Below, in pieces: positions 1 to 12,712 of a stretch of DNA of 64,000 nucleotides. Numbering within the stretch: position 1 is the stretch's first letter; each line of letters opens with the position of its first letter. Source of the stretch: an uncultured Acidobacteriota bacterium. Its GTDB lineage: Bacteria > Acidobacteriota > Thermoanaerobaculia > UBA5066 > Gp7-AA6. A model generated the notes under the pieces. That model made no database searches. It worked only from the letters and a program-made list of their open reading frames with translations, and was not told the origin of the DNA. A program made the position numbers and the translations under genes. The stretch lies in contig CAVVML010000017.1 in NCBI GenBank assembly GCA_963749265.1, positions 32,465 to 96,464 on the forward strand, written 5' to 3'.

Positions 1-1
1 G

Positions 2-718
2 TCCGGAAGGCGCTCGCATCTCTGGCGCATCGAGGGGGCGGCGCCGGCGGTCGAGCTGACCCGGGATCCGGCATACGCCGACAATTGGCCGGAATGGTCT
101 CCGGACGGCCGCGAGATTGCATTCGCGCGGAGCGGCGTCGGCGACAGCCTGGCCACCACGACTCTCTGGATCATGAAGGCCGACGGCACGCAGCCTCGCC
201 GCGTCACCGATTTCGTGGGACAGATGGCGTGGCTTCCCGACGGAAGCATCGTCTTCCAGAGCGGCGAGAATCTGGTACGACGCGACCTCGCGACGGGAGT
301 CACCAGGCCGATTCCGGGAGTGAAGGTCCTGACGATGGCCGCCGTGGACAGCACCGGGCGCTGGCTCGTCTTCCAGACGGGCGCGGGCAACGCCACGGTC
401 CTCGAGGCCGTCGAAATCGACGGCGGCACTGCGCGCCGAGTCGCGACCGGCACCCCGGAGGCGTTTCACCCATTCTTCTCACCCTCGGGACGATGGCTGT
501 ATTTCCAGCCATCCCACGCGAATCTTTACCGCGTGCCCGGACCGGCCCAGGGCTGGGCGACGGCGCCGCCGGAGAAGGTCACGAACTTCAGCGGCCTGGA
601 CCTCTACATTGAAAACCCGAGAATCTCGCGGGATGGCTCGACCCTGGTCTACACGCGGGGGAAGAGAACCGGCGACATCGTCATCCTCCACCCGGCGCAG
701 AAGAGCGAGAAGCGCTGA
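2..718 (+). CDS. 5'-partial C-terminal fragment of a TolB/PD40-like beta-propeller protein, probably the sensor domain of an upstream STPK paralog
   Basis: Frame 2 is open from the window edge (…WPEWSPDGREIAFARSG…FFSPSGRWLYF…). PD40-type SPDG/SPSG repeats. Stop TGA 716-718. Confidence 0.6.
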   Translation, partial: SGRRSHLWRIEGAAPAVELTRDPAYADNWPEWSPDGREIAFARSGVGDSLATTTLWIMKADGTQPRRVTDFVGQMAWLPDGSIVFQSGENLVRRDLATGVTRPIPGVKVLTMAAVDSTGRWLVFQTGAGNATVLEAVEIDGGTARRVATGTPEAFHPFFSPSGRWLYFQPSHANLYRVPGPAQGWATAPPEKVTNFSGLDLYIENPRISRDGSTLVYTRGKRTGDIVILHPAQKSEKR

Positions 719-748
719 GGACGCTCTGAGCGGCGCGAGCCGCGCCGC

Positions 749-1306
749 TCAGCTCCCGGCGGCCGCGTTCTTCGCGCCGGGCGGCGGCGGGTACTCGGCG
801 AGAAGCTCCGAGACCGCCTTCTCGATGTCGCGTCGGAGCGCGTCGGGATTCGTGCCGAGCAGCGCCGACTTGAGCCCGCGCCAGATGAGCTTGCGCTCGG
901 AGTCGCGGATGTTGATCCAGAGCGTGCCCCCCTGGCGGTACTTCGTGCTCGTCTCGTACAGGCCGCTCCACCAGACGTACCCGCTGACGCGGTCCTGGGA
1001 CGAGGCTCCTTCCGCCCGCGTCGAGTAGGAGATGTAGATGTCGGGCGTGGCGCCGGCGGCCGCGGGCTGGACGCCTTTCTTCTGGAGGGTCTCGTCGATG
1101 GCCCTCCGAATGTTCTCGTCGATGAATCGCCCGTCGACGACCGCCCCGCCGCCGGGCATCTTGAAGTCCGGATCGTCGTACCACGCGTACGTTTTCGGGG
1201 GCGTGAAGCGAAAGTTCGGATCGAAGGCATAGTCGTATTGCGGCGCGCCGGCGCAGCCCGCGAGGATGACGATGGCGAGGGCCAGGGAAGCGAGGATTTT
1301 TTTCAT
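749..1306 (-). CDS. putative lipoprotein (signal peptide + lipobox LAGC), function unknown
   Basis: 185-aa ORF. N-terminus MKKILASLALAIVILAGCAG. Conserved YAWYDDPDF…GGG motif shared with the next gene. Confidence 0.65.
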   Translation of the reverse strand: MKKILASLALAIVILAGCAGAPQYDYAFDPNFRFTPPKTYAWYDDPDFKMPGGGAVVDGRFIDENIRRAIDETLQKKGVQPAAAGATPDIYISYSTRAEGASSQDRVSGYVWWSGLYETSTKYRQGGTLWINIRDSERKLIWRGLKSALLGTNPDALRRDIEKAVSELLAEYPPPPGAKNAAAGS

Positions 1307-1313
1307 CGGACTC

Positions 1314-1868
1314 CTACTTCGACGGCACCGATCCGGGCGCCGGCGGGAAATGCGACAGGAGGACGTCGACCTCGTGCTTGATCTCCCGGCCGACCTGCGC
1401 CGGGTCCTCGCCCTCGAGACGCGTGATCGAGCCCTGCCAGACGAGGATGCGGGAGGCGTTCCAGATGTCGATGATGACCTGCCTCGACTTCTCGTACATG
1501 TCGTTCTCGTAGCCCGTGAGAACCGCGCGGTTCCAGTCCTTGACCTGGTCGGTCACACGGGTGTCACCGGTGCCGTAGGAAACGAGCATCGAGGCTTTCG
1601 CCTCGTCGACCTTCTGGAAGCCCCGCTTCGCGAGCGACTCGTCCACCGCCTCCCGCACCGTCCGGTCGATGAACTGCCCGTCGATGATGGAGTCCCCATG
1701 CGGCATCTGGAAGTTGGGGCCCTCGTACCACGCATACGTTTTCATCCCGGCGAAGCTGCCCGCCGCGGCCTGGTCCCAGGCATAGACGGGCGCCGGGTGC
1801 GTTCCGCGGCACGCGGCCACCGCGGCCGCCGCGATCATCAGAGAGAGGAGAGCCCGTCGTCCCATCAT
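1314..1868 (-). CDS. putative lipoprotein, tandem paralog of 749-1306
   Basis: 184-aa ORF. Signal peptide MMGRRALLSLMIAAAAVAAC. Shares YAWYEGPNFQMPHGD…IDIWNA motifs with its neighbour. Confidence 0.65.
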   Translation of the reverse strand: MMGRRALLSLMIAAAAVAACRGTHPAPVYAWDQAAAGSFAGMKTYAWYEGPNFQMPHGDSIIDGQFIDRTVREAVDESLAKRGFQKVDEAKASMLVSYGTGDTRVTDQVKDWNRAVLTGYENDMYEKSRQVIIDIWNASRILVWQGSITRLEGEDPAQVGREIKHEVDVLLSHFPPAPGSVPSK

Positions 1869-1912
1869 GTCCTCCGTTGGGGTTTCACCGGGACATTACT
1901 ATAGGCATCGCT

Positions 1913-4586
1913 TTGACGCTCTCCGCCGGAACCAAGCTCGGTCCCTACGAGATCCTCGCGCCCATCGGCGCCGGCGGGATGGGAGAGGTCTACCGGGCGA
2001 AGGACACGCGGCTCGAGTCGGACGGTCGCGGTGAAAGTGCTGCCGCCGCACCTTTCGTCTTCTCCCGAAGTCCGCCAGCGCTTCGAGCGGGAGGCGAAGA
2101 CGATCTCGCAGCTCTCGCATCCTCACATCTGCGCGCTCTACGACGTCGGGCACGAGGGAGACGTCGAGTACCTCGTCATGGAGCTCCTCGAAGGGGAGAC
2201 GCTGTCGGATCGGCTGGCGCGCGGCGCGCTGCCGCTCGAGCAGACGCTGCGCTTCGGCGCAGGAGATCGCCGACGCGCTCGAGAAGGCGCACCGGCAGGG
2301 GATCGTGCACCGGGATCTGAAGCCCGGCAACGTGATGCTGACGAAGTCGGGCGTGAAGCTTCTGGACTTCGGGCTGGCAAAGGAGATCGCCGCGGCGAAC
2401 CCAGCCTCCGGTGCGACGTCTCTGCCGACCGAGCTCGCGCACGGCGCAGAACCTGACGGAGAAGGGCACGATCCTCGGGACGTTCCAGTACATGTCGCCG
2501 GAGCAGCTCGAGGGCAGGGAAGCGGACGGGCGGTCGGACATCTTCTCTTTCGGCGCGGTGCTTTACGAGATGGCGGCCGGGAAAAAAGGCGTTCTCGGGT
2601 CAGAGCCAGGCCTCGCTCATCTCGGCGATTCTCCGCGACGACCCGCAGCCGATCTCGCAGATTCAGCCGACCTCGCCGGCAGCGCTCGATCGCGTCGTCC
2701 GGACGTGCCTCGCCAAGGATCCCGACGATCGGTGGCAATCGGCCGGCGATCTGAAGCGGGAGCTGCGCTGGATCGGCGAAGGCTCACAGGCCGGCGCCGT
2801 CGCGCCGACGGCGGTGGCCCCGCGGCGGCGGCCGAGCCCGCTGCCGTGGATTCTCGCGGCGGCTCTGGCGCTCACGGCCATCGTCCTGGGAGCTCAGCTT
2901 CTGCGGCAGCGCGCGACGAGGCCGGCGCCGATCCATGCGTTCGTGATGCCGCCCGATAAGACCGCGTTCCAGTTGACCGGCGACGAGTCGGCGCCTCCGG
3001 CGCTGTCCCCTGACGGCGAGAGGATCGTGTTCGGTGCATCCGGAAAGCTCTGGATCCAGTCGCTCTCGACCGGAAACGTGACGACGCTCGCGGCGACCGA
3101 GGGCGGGCTGTCTCCGTTCTGGTCTCCCGACGGGAAGTCCATCGGATTCTTCGCGGGAGGCAAGCTTCGCCGGATCGAAGCCGCGGGCGGTCCCGTTCAG
3201 GTCATTGCGGACGCGCCCACGCCGCGAGGCGCTTCCTGGGGCGGGAACGACGTCATCGTGTTCGCCCCGGACTTCCGCGGCCGGCTCTTCAAGGTCTCCG
3301 CGTCGGGCGGCCCGGCCACGCCTGCGACGACGCTCGACACGAAGCGTCACTCCACTCATCGGTGGCCGTTCTTCCTGCCGGACGGCGAGCACTTCCTGTA
3401 TCTGGCGGCCAACCATTCGTTCCCCCGGTCCGACGACTCGGGCATCTACGCCGGCTCTCTCGTCGACGACGCGTCGGTGCGGCTGCTCGCCTCGCACGGC
3501 AGCGCGGAGGCCGTGCCGGGCTGGATCCTCACGGTCCAGGACGGGAACCTCATGGCGACGCCCTTCGACGTCCAGCGCCTGGCGGTCTCGGGCTCTCCCG
3601 TGCGGGTCGCCGGCGAGGTGAACTTCGATTCGGGGACCTGGCATGGCGTCTTCTCGGTGTCTCGGACCGGAATGCTGGCCTACCAGGTTGCGCGGCAGGG
3701 ATCGGGCGGGCAGTTGACCTGGCTCGACGCGTCGGGCCGCGTGATCTCGACGATCGGTGATCGGGCCGAATCCTACTCGCTGCGGATGTCTCCCGACGGG
3801 CGCCGCGCCTCCGTCATGGAGGGCGATCCGAACAACGACATATGGATCTACGAGCTCGAGCGCGGCGTGCGCACGCGCCTGACGACCGATGCGCAGGTCA
3901 TCCCCTCGCCGCTCTGGTCTCCCGACGGATCGCAGTTGCTGTACGTCGCCGGAGCCGCCATCGCGGACAACCCCGAGTACCTCATGACGACGATTCCGTC
4001 GGACGGGGCCGGTGAAAAGAAGGTGGTCATGCGCTCGAAGGAGAGGATCGAGCCGACCGACTGGTCGCGGGATGGCCGTCACGTCCTGATGGATCGGGGC
4101 AACGTCGGCGCCGCCGACATCTGGGCCGTTCCCCTTGCGGAGCCGGACAAAGCCTTTCCGCTGGTGCAGTCCCAGTTTCTCGACACGAGCGGGTTCTTCT
4201 CGCCCGACGGCCGCTGGGTGGCCTACGTCTCGCAGCAGACCGGGAGATTCGAGGTCTACGTCACGTCGTTTCCCGGCGGCGGCGGGCGCCTGCAGGTGTC
4301 CGGCTCCGGCGGCACGCACCCGTACTGGAGCGCGGATGGCCGGACCCTCTACTACGTCACGCTCGACGGCGAGCTGACGGCCGCACCGGTCGATGGACGA
4401 GGGGCGCGCTTCGAGGTCCTCGGCGCTCCGAAGCCTCTCTTCCCGGTCAACCTCTTCGTCGGTCCTCGGGTCGCCAGCGCCTACGCGGTCTCGGCGGACG
4501 GCAAGCGGGTGCTCGTCATCAGCGCCGGCGAGGCCGCCGTGCCGCGCGTCGCGCTCGTTGCGAACTGGACCTCCGCGCTGCCGTGA
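1913..4586 (+). CDS. K1: Ser/Thr protein kinase with TM helix and C-terminal TolB-like beta-propeller. At least 4 frameshifts (about 2025, 2300, 2405, 2590).
   Basis: TTG start. [31 protein letters not shown]…[12 protein letters not shown]…DFGLAK…QYMSPEQ, then [25 protein letters not shown] (TM) and a 590-aa PD40 propeller ORF 2814-4586. One shift sits in the homopolymer gaaaaaagg near 2590. Confidence 0.8.
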
Positions 4587-7278
4587 CTTTGAACTCCGGC
4601 ACTCGACTCGGTCCCTACGAGATCCTCGGTCCGCTCGGCGCGGGAGGAATGGGAGAGGTCTATCGGGCGCGGGACGGGAAGCTGAACCGCGAGGTGGCCA
4701 TCAAAGTTCTTCCCGCAGCCTTCGCCGAGGACGCGGAGCGACTCGCCCGTTTCCGACGCGAGGCCCAGGTGCTCGCGGCCTTGAACCATCCTCACATCGC
4801 CGCGATCTACGGGCTCGAGGAGTCGGCGGGCGTCGAAGCGCTCGTGCTCGAGCTCGTCGAGGGGGAGACGCTCGCCGAGCGGATCGCGCGCGGCCCGATT
4901 CCGCTCGACGAGGCGCTCCCGATCGCGCGCGAGATGGCCTGGGCGCTGGAGGCGGCGCACGAGAAGGGAATCGTGCACCGCGACCTGAAACCCGCGAACG
5001 TGAAGCTCACGCCTGCCGGGAAGGTCAAGGTCCTCGACTTCGGACTGGCGAAGGCGATCGCGGGAGACCCATCGTCGCCGGACGCCACCTCCTCGCCGAC
5101 GCTGACGGCGCGCTCGACCGAAGCGGGCGTCGTGATCGGGACGGCGGCGTACATGTCGCCGGAGCAGGCGCGCGGCCGCGCGGTCGACAAACGCTCCGAC
5201 ATCTGGGCCTTCGGCGCGGTGCTTTACGAGATGCTCGCGGGCCGGCGCGCGTTTGACGGAGAGACGGCGTCGGATGCGCTCGTCTCGGTGCTCACGAAGG
5301 AGCCCGACTGGAGCGCACTCCCGGTTTCGACGCCTCCGGCGATTCGGCGCCTTCTCCGGCGCTGTCTCGACCGCGACCGCGAGCGGCGTCTCCACGACAT
5401 CGCCGACGCGCGGCTCGAGATCGACGAGGCGCTCTCGGGGACCGCTGCGCCCGAATCGCCGGCCGTTTCCGCGCCGCCGCGAGGGCGTCCGCGCCGCGCC
5501 GCCATCCTGACCACGGCGCTCGTCGCTGCCGCGGCGGCCGCGCTCGCGACACTCTGGACCGCCGGACGCCTCCGTCCTGCCGCACCTGCAGCGCCTGTCG
5601 TTCGTCCGCTGACCGACTCCGGCCGGGACTGGTCCCCGGCCGCCTCGCCCGATGGAAGGCTCGTCGCGTTCGTCTCGGACCGCGACGAGCGACAGCGGAT
5701 ATGGCTCAAGCAGCTTCCGGGCGGCGACGAGACGGCGCTGACCGCGGGTCCGGACGAACGGCCCCGTTTCTCACCCGACGGCTCCTCGGTTCTGTTCGTG
5801 CGCCGGGAGGGCGATGGCACCTCGCTCTTCCGCGTCAGCGTCCTCGGGGGCGAGCCGCGTCGCGTCGTCGCCGACGCGTACGACGGCGCTTGGTCCCCGG
5901 ACGGCTCCCGGATCGCCTACATGCGACAGACCGAGGACGGCGGCAAGCGCGCTGGGTGCTCTACGCCGCCTCCCCCGAAGGAGGCGATACGAAAGAGCTC
6001 TTCCGGACGACCGCCGGCCTGATCGACTCGCCGGTCTGGTCTCCGGACGGCAAGGAGATCGTCTGCTATCCCCGGATGATCGGATCCAGCACGACGAACA
6101 TCTCAATGTTCGTCGTGAACGCTTCCGGAGGCGGTCATCGCGAGGTCGGTGCGGAAGGCTCCCAGCTGCGGACGCCGGCGATCTGGAACGGCCGCGGGCG
6201 GAATCTTCTGTTTGCGCGGGCTTCCGGAGTCGCGGGCCTCGACGCCTCGCCCGTGGAAGTCCGCCGCCTGGACCTGGGGTCCAACCGGGAAACCCTGGTC
6301 TTCTGGAATCCCAATCGCATCATGACGCTCGACGTTCTGGGACCGGGCAAGCTCGTCTTCGACGTGAACTCCAGCCGGTACAACCTTCAGGAGACGGCGC
6401 TCGGACCGGGGCGGGCCGCGAAGTGGCTCACGCGCGGGCCCGGCCTGAACCGCCAACCGCGTTATTCGCCCGACGGCGGGTCCATCGTCTTCTCGGCGCT
6501 GAAGGGCGGCAACCTCGACGTGTGGAGCCTCGAGCTCGCGAGCGGCGCTCTGCGACGCCTGACGGACAGTCCGGCCGCGGACTTCGATCCCGCGCTGACG
6601 CCCGACGGCAAGGAGCTCATCTGGAGCTCGGACCGCGGCGGGCACTTCGAGATCTGGATGGCGAACGCGGATGGCACCGGGGCGAGGCAGGTTTCGCACG
6701 ACGGGAAAGACGCCGAGAACGCGACCGGGACGCCGGACGGCCGGTGGATCGCATACGTGTCGGGGGGAGACCCGAAATCGTTCGGGATCTGGAAAGTCCG
6801 GACGGACGGGACCCAGGCGACCCGGCTGACTTCCGGCCTCGTCGATTGGCCGGAGGTCTCGCCCGACGGGCGCTACGTCGCCTATCTCTCGAACCGCTTC
6901 ACGCCGCAAAGGGCGATCCGGGTTCTTCGCTTCGAGGACGGCTCGGACGTTCCCTTCACGATTCCTCTCGCCCCATCTGTGCGGAGCTTCGAGATCGTCG
7001 GGCGGATGCGTTGGATGCCGGACGGGCGCTCGATCGCGTTTCTCGCCCTCGATGCAGAGAGGCGCTACGGCGTCTTTGTCCAGGATTTCGTGCCCGACAA
7101 GGACACTTCGGCCACACGCCGCCCGCTCGCCGGCTTCGAGCCGGAATTCGCCTCGGAGACCTTCGCGATATCGCCCGACGGACAAAGGGTTTGTATCTCG
7201 CAATGGGAGCAAGTCACGACCATCATGGCCGCGGACGGCGTCGCCGGCGTGGAGCCGCTCAACCGGAAGAACCCCTAG
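4583..7278 (+). CDS. K2: Ser/Thr protein kinase with TM helix and long TolB-like/WD40-like propeller. One frameshift near 5945. Divergent subfamily.
   Basis: GTG start overlapping the K1 stop (GTGA). Kinase motifs [30 protein letters not shown], then a TM stretch and repeated SPDG propeller blades. Frame 2 switches to frame 1 at about 5945. Confidence 0.8.
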
Positions 7279-7345
7279 TCACTCGCCAATAAGTTCCTCG
7301 CGATCCGGCAGGCTCTGCGTCAGAATCCCCGATCTAGGAGCCTGA

Positions 7346-8350
7346 ATGACAATGGAAGCGGGGGCCCGGCTCGGGCCCTACGAGATCCTCTCGCCGATCG
7401 GGGCGGGCGGGATGGGCGAGGTGTACCGCGCGAAGGACACGCGCCTGGGGCGCGACGTCGCGGTGAAGGTCCTGCCGGCGCACATGTCCTCCTCGCCGGA
7501 GCTGCGCCAGCGGCTCGAGCGCGAGGCGAAGACGATCTCGCAGCTCTCGCACCCGCACATCTGCATGCTCCACGACGTCGGCCACCAGAACGGGACCGAC
7601 TACCTGGTCATGGAGTTTCTGGAGGGCGAGACGCTGGCGGACCGCCTGGCGAAGGGGGCGTTGCCCGTCGAGCAGGCGCTTCGGATCGGGACCGAGATCG
7701 CCGGAGCGCTGGACGCCGCGCATCGGAGCGGGATCGTCCATCGGGACCTGAAGCCCGGCAACATCATGCTGACGAAGACGGGCGTGAAGCTGCTCGACTT
7801 CGGCCTGGCGAAGCTCGTCGGCGCCGACGACGCCCGTGTCGCAGGCGACGAGCCTGCCGACGGCGCTGCAGGAGAGCCAGCCGCTCACGTCGCGCGGGAC
7901 GATCCTCGGGACGTTCCAGTACATGTCGCCCGAACAGCTCGAGGGGAAAGAGGCCGACGCACGCAGCGACATCTTCGCCTTCGGATGCGTGCTCTACGAG
8001 ATGTTGACGGGACAGAAAGCGTTCACGGGCAAGAGCCAGGCTTCTCTCATCGGCTCGATCATGAACACCGAGCCGCCTCCGATCTCGTCGATCCAGCCGA
8101 TGATCCCGCCGGCGCTGGACCGCGTCGTCAAGGGCTGCCTCGCGAAGGAGCCGGAGCACCGCTGGAGCACGGCGCACGACGTGATGCTGCAGCTGCAGTG
8201 GGTCGCGGAGGGCGGGTCGGCCGCGGGGCTGCCGGCTCCCGTCGCCGCGCGGCGCAGGAGCCGCGAGAAGCTGGCGTGGGGCGTCGCCGCCGCGCTTCTG
8301 CTGGCCGCCGGCCTCTCCACCTTCGGTTGGATCCGTCGCGCCCCGAAGCC
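7346..8350 (+). repeat. about 1-kb near-identical (about 97% nt) duplicated segment (K3 kinase domain), copy 1
   Basis: Base-by-base visual comparison with 10019-11020. Differences are sparse point substitutions. Confidence 0.7.
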
Positions 8351-9999
8351 GCCGCGCCTGGTCCGGTTCGAGGTCGCGATTCCTCCGGACATCACGGCCA
8401 TCGATGCCCCCAAGATCTCGCCGGACGGCAAGTTGCTCGCGTTCAACGCCACCGACAAAGACGGGAAGACTCGGATCTGGATCCGGCCGCTCAATGCGTT
8501 GACGGCGCAGCCGCTGGCGGGGACGGAGGGGACACGGCGGCCGTTCTGGTCCCCCGACAGCCGGTTTCTCGCCTTCGTCGCCGACGGGAAGCTGAAGAAG
8601 GTCGACGTCACCGGCGGCCCGCCCACCAAGATCTGCGATGCGCCGACGGGTGTCGACGGGACCTGGAGCCCCGAAGGCGTCATCCTCTTCGACGGAACGG
8701 GTCCGGATCCCATCCACCGCGTCAGCGCCGCGGGCGGAACGGCGGTCGTGGCGGTCAAGGCCGACCCGGCGCGCAAGGATTTCCAGATCGGCTGGCCCGA
8801 GTTCCTTCCCGACGGCCGACACTTCATTTACCTGGCCATCAACCAGAAGCCCGAAGACACCGGGTATCGCATCGGTTCGATCGACTCGGCCGAGACGAAG
8901 CCTTTCGCTCCGGCCCAGACGATGCTCGCGTACGCGCCCCAGGGATATCTCCTCTTCGTACGGGACAAGACGCTCGTGGCCCAGCCCTTCGACGCGAAGG
9001 CGATGAAGACCACGGGAGAGCCCGTACCTCTGGCCGAACAGATCGGAACCGACGCGGTGGGACTCGCCCGGTTCTCCGTGTCGCGCGACGGCGTGCTCGC
9101 GTATCGCACCGGGGAATCGGGGAACCGGATGATCTGGCTCGATCGATCGGGCAAGGAGATCGAAACGGTTGGCACGAGAGGAGACAACCAGGACCCGCAG
9201 TTCTCGCCGGTCGGCGACCAGCTTGCTTACGACCTCGTCGACGAGCGGAGCGGAAAGTCCGACATCTGGGTTCGCGACCTGGCGAGAGGCGTGAGCTCCC
9301 GTTTCACGTTCGACGCGGTGAACGCCTATGGCCCCGTGTGGACCCCCCGCGGCGACGCGATCGTCTATGCGTCGGAGCGCGAGGGCGCGCCGGGGTTGTA
9401 CGAGAAGTCGATGCTCGGCCAGGGCGAGGAGAAACTTCTTCTCAAGGCCGAAGCGCTGACGGTCCCCATCGCCATGGCCCCCGACGGCTCGGCTCTGCTC
9501 TACATGGTCCGCGATCCGAAAACGAGCTGGAACATCATGGTCCTGCCGAGGACCGGCGAGGCCAAACCCATCGCGTTTCGAGCGACACCGTTCAACGAGG
9601 GCAATCCCAATTTCTCGCCGGACGGAAAGTTCATCTCGTACAACTCGAACGAGTCGGGCCGCAACGAGGTCTACGTGCAGAGCTATCCCGGGCCCCGGCC
9701 GAACCTGGCAGGTCTCGACCACCGGCGGCAGCGACGCCCATTGGCGTCAGGACGGCAAGGAGCTCTACTACCGGAGTCTCGACCAGAAGCTGATGGCGGT
9801 GGACGTCCAGACGGGCGAGACATTCCAGGCTGGGATTCCCAGGGCGCTTTTCCAGGCGCAGGTCGCCACGGGCGCCGCCAGCACGAAGTACGTTCCGGAC
9901 CGCTCGGGGCAGAAGTTCCTGTTCGTCGCGCCGATGGGACGCGATGCCCTCACGCCGACGACGGTCGTGCTGAACTGGTTTGCGGAACTGGGCAAGTGA
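7346..9999 (+). CDS. K3: Ser/Thr protein kinase-TM-TolB-like propeller. Frameshifts near 7830 and 9710.
   Basis: AGGAG RBS 5 nt upstream of ATG 7346. Complete kinase motifs, TM helix (LAWGVAAALLLAAGL), PD40 blades. C-terminal tail VVLNWFAELGK then TGA 9997-9999. Confidence 0.85.
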
Positions 10000-10018
10000 A
10001 GTCGTTGAAAGGAACTCA

Positions 10019-11020
10019 ATGAGTCTCGAAGCCGGAACGAAGCTCGGTCCCTATGAGATCTCGGCGCCTATCGGCGCGGGCGGAATGGGAGAGGTCTACC
10101 GGGCGAAGGACACGCGGCTGGGTCGCGACGTCGCGGTCAAGGTCCTGCCGGCGCACATGTCTTCCTCGCCGGAGCTGCGCCAGCGGCTCGAGCGCGAGGC
10201 GAAGACGATCTCGCAGCTCTCGCATCCGCACATCTGCATGCTCCACGACGTCGGCCACCAGAACGGGACCGACTACCTGGTCATGGAGTTTCTCGAGGGC
10301 GAGACGCTGGCGGACCGCCTGGCGAAGGGGGCGCTGCCCGTCGAGCAGGCGCTGCGGATCGGGATCGAGATCGCCGGAGCGCTCGACGCCGCGCATCGGA
10401 GCGGGATCGTCCATCGGGACCTGAAGCCCGGCAACATCATGCTGACGAAGACGGGCGTGAAGCTGCTCGACTTCGGCCTGGCGAAGCTCGCGGCGCCGAC
10501 GACGCCCGTCTCGCAGGCCACGAGTCTGCCGACGGCGCTGCAGGAGAGCCAGCCGCTGACCTCGCGCGGCACGATCCTCGGGACGTTCCAGTACATGTCG
10601 CCCGAGCAGCTCGAGGGCAAAGAGGCCGACGCGCGCAGCGACATCTTCGCGTTCGGCTGCGTGCTCTACGAGATGGTGACGGGGCAGAAGGCGTTCACGG
10701 GCAAGAGCCAGGCGTCGCTCATCGGCTCGATCATGAACACCGAGCCGCCTCCGATCTCGTCGATCCAGCCGATGATCCCGCCGGCGCTGGACCGCGTCGT
10801 CAAGGGCTGTCTCGCGAAGGAGCCCGAGCACCGCTGGAGCACGGCGCACGACGTGATGCTGCAGCTCCAGTGGGTCGCGGAGGGCGGGTCGGCTGCGGGG
10901 CTGCCGGCGCCCGTCGCCGCGCGGCGCAAGAGCCGCGAGAAGCTGGCGTGGGGCGTCGCGGCCGCGCTGCTTCTCGCCGCCGGCGCGCTCGCCTACGGGT
11001 TCGTCCGCCGCGCGCCGAAG
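10019..11020 (+). repeat. about 1-kb near-identical duplicated segment (K4 kinase domain), copy 2. K5 12713-13700 is a more diverged third copy.
   Basis: Same as above. The intergenic spacer …GGCAAGT[GA]A…GTTGAAAGGAA[CT]TC[AC]ATGAGTCTCGAAGCCGGAACGAAGCTCGG is also conserved between the K3/K4 and K4/K5 junctions. Confidence 0.7.
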
Positions 11021-12690
11021 CCGCCGCGCACTCGTCCGGTTCGAGGTCGCCGATCCCTCCGAACGTCATCTCGATCGACACGCCCGCGAATCTCGCCCGG
11101 ACGGGCAGATCCTGGCCTTCAACGCCACCGATTCGGGGAGGGCAAGACCCAGATCTGGGTCCGGCCCCTGAACGCGCTCGTGGCCCAGCCGCTGCCGGGG
11201 ACGGAGGGAACCACGCGCCCCTTCTGGTCGCCGGACAGCCGGTTCATCGGCTTCTTCCCGGGCGGGAAGCTCAAGAAGATCGACGTCGCGGGAGGGCCGC
11301 CCACGAAGATCTGCGACGCGCCGACCGGATCCGACGGGACCTGGAGCCCGGAGGGCGTGATCCTCTTCGACGGGACCGGGCAACGATCCGATCCACCGCG
11401 TCTCGGCCGCGGGCGGCACGCCCACCGTCGCCGTCAAGCCGGACGCGGCGCGGAAGGAGACGCAGATCGGCTGGCCGGAGTTTCTTCCCGACGGCCGCCA
11501 CTTCATCTACATGTCGATCAACCAGAAGGTGGACGACAGCGCCTACCGGATCGGCTCGCTCGACTCGACGGAGACGAAGCCGTTCGCGCCGGCGCAGACG
11601 ATGCTGACCTACGCGCCGCCGGGCTATCTGCTGTTCGTGCGCGACCGGACGCTCGTCGCGCAGCCCTTCGACGCGAAGGCGATGAAGACGACCGGCGAGC
11701 CGGTTCCGCTCGCCGAGCAGATCGGGACCGACGCCGTCGGGCTCGCGCGGTTCTCGGTGTCGCGCGACGGAGTGCTCGCGTACCGGACCGGCGAGTCGGG
11801 AAACCGCCTGCGTCTGGGTCGACCGATCCGGCAAGGAGCTCGACACGCTCGGCGACCCGGGCGAATACGGGGAACCCGGCCTCTCGCCCGTCCGGGCGAC
11901 CGGCTCGCGTTCGACCTTCGTCGACCCCCGCGTCGAACAAGGACGACATCTGGATCCGCGACCTCGCGCGCGGCGTGAACTCGCGTTTCACGTTCGCCCC
12001 CGGCAACGCCTTCGCGCCCCTCTGGTCTCCGCGGCGGCGAGACGATCGTCTTCACGTCGGATCGCGAGGGAGCGCCCGGCCTCTACGAGAAGGCCGCGAG
12101 CGGCCAGGGCGAGGAGAAGCTGCTCCTCAAGGAGCGAGGCGCTGGTCACTATCCCGATCAGCTTCTCCCCCGACGGACGCTTCCTCGCCTACCAGATGCG
12201 CAACCCGAAGACCGGCTGGGACATCATGATCCTGCCGATGACCGGCGAGCCGAAAGCCCGTTGCCGTTCGCCGCGGCGTCGTTCAACGAGAATCAGGCCG
12301 ACGTTCTCGCCCGACGGGCGCTTCCTCGCCTACATGTCGAACGAGTCGGGCCGCAACGAGATCTACGTGCAGAGCTATCCCGGGCCGGGCGGCAAGTGGC
12401 AGATCTCGAACGCGGGCGGAACCGACCCGCACTGGCGCGCCGACGGCAAGGAGCTCTACTACCGGGGCCCCGACCAGAAGCTGATGGCCGTCGAGATCCG
12501 GGGCGGCGATGCGCTCGAGGCCGGCATCCCGCAGCCGCTCTTCCTCGGGCGCGTCCACATCGGCAACGCGCGCAACAAGTTCGTTCCGGCGAAGGACGGC
12601 CAGCGCTTCCTCTTCGTCGCGCCGCTCGGCCGCGACGCCATGACGCCCACGACCGTCGTCCTGAACTGGTTCGCGGGACTGGGCAAGTAA
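10019..12690 (+). CDS. K4: Ser/Thr protein kinase-TM-TolB-like propeller, near-identical paralog of K3, heavily frameshifted (at least 6)
   Basis: [41 protein letters not shown]… Kinase domain about 97% nt identical to K3. C-terminal tail VVLNWFAGLGK then TAA 12688-12690. Confidence 0.8.
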
Positions 12691-12712
12691 ACCGTCAGTT
12701 GAAAGGAATTCC

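Noticed and set aside
2784-4319. Long minus-strand ORFs (e.g. 2784-4319, 7764-9722, 15639-16898, 18... 26078-27598) antisense to kinase genes
   Set aside because: Low-complexity Arg/Ala/Pro-rich translations with no motifs, typical stop-poor antisense frames of 70% GC DNA. The sense frames carry clear domain signatures.
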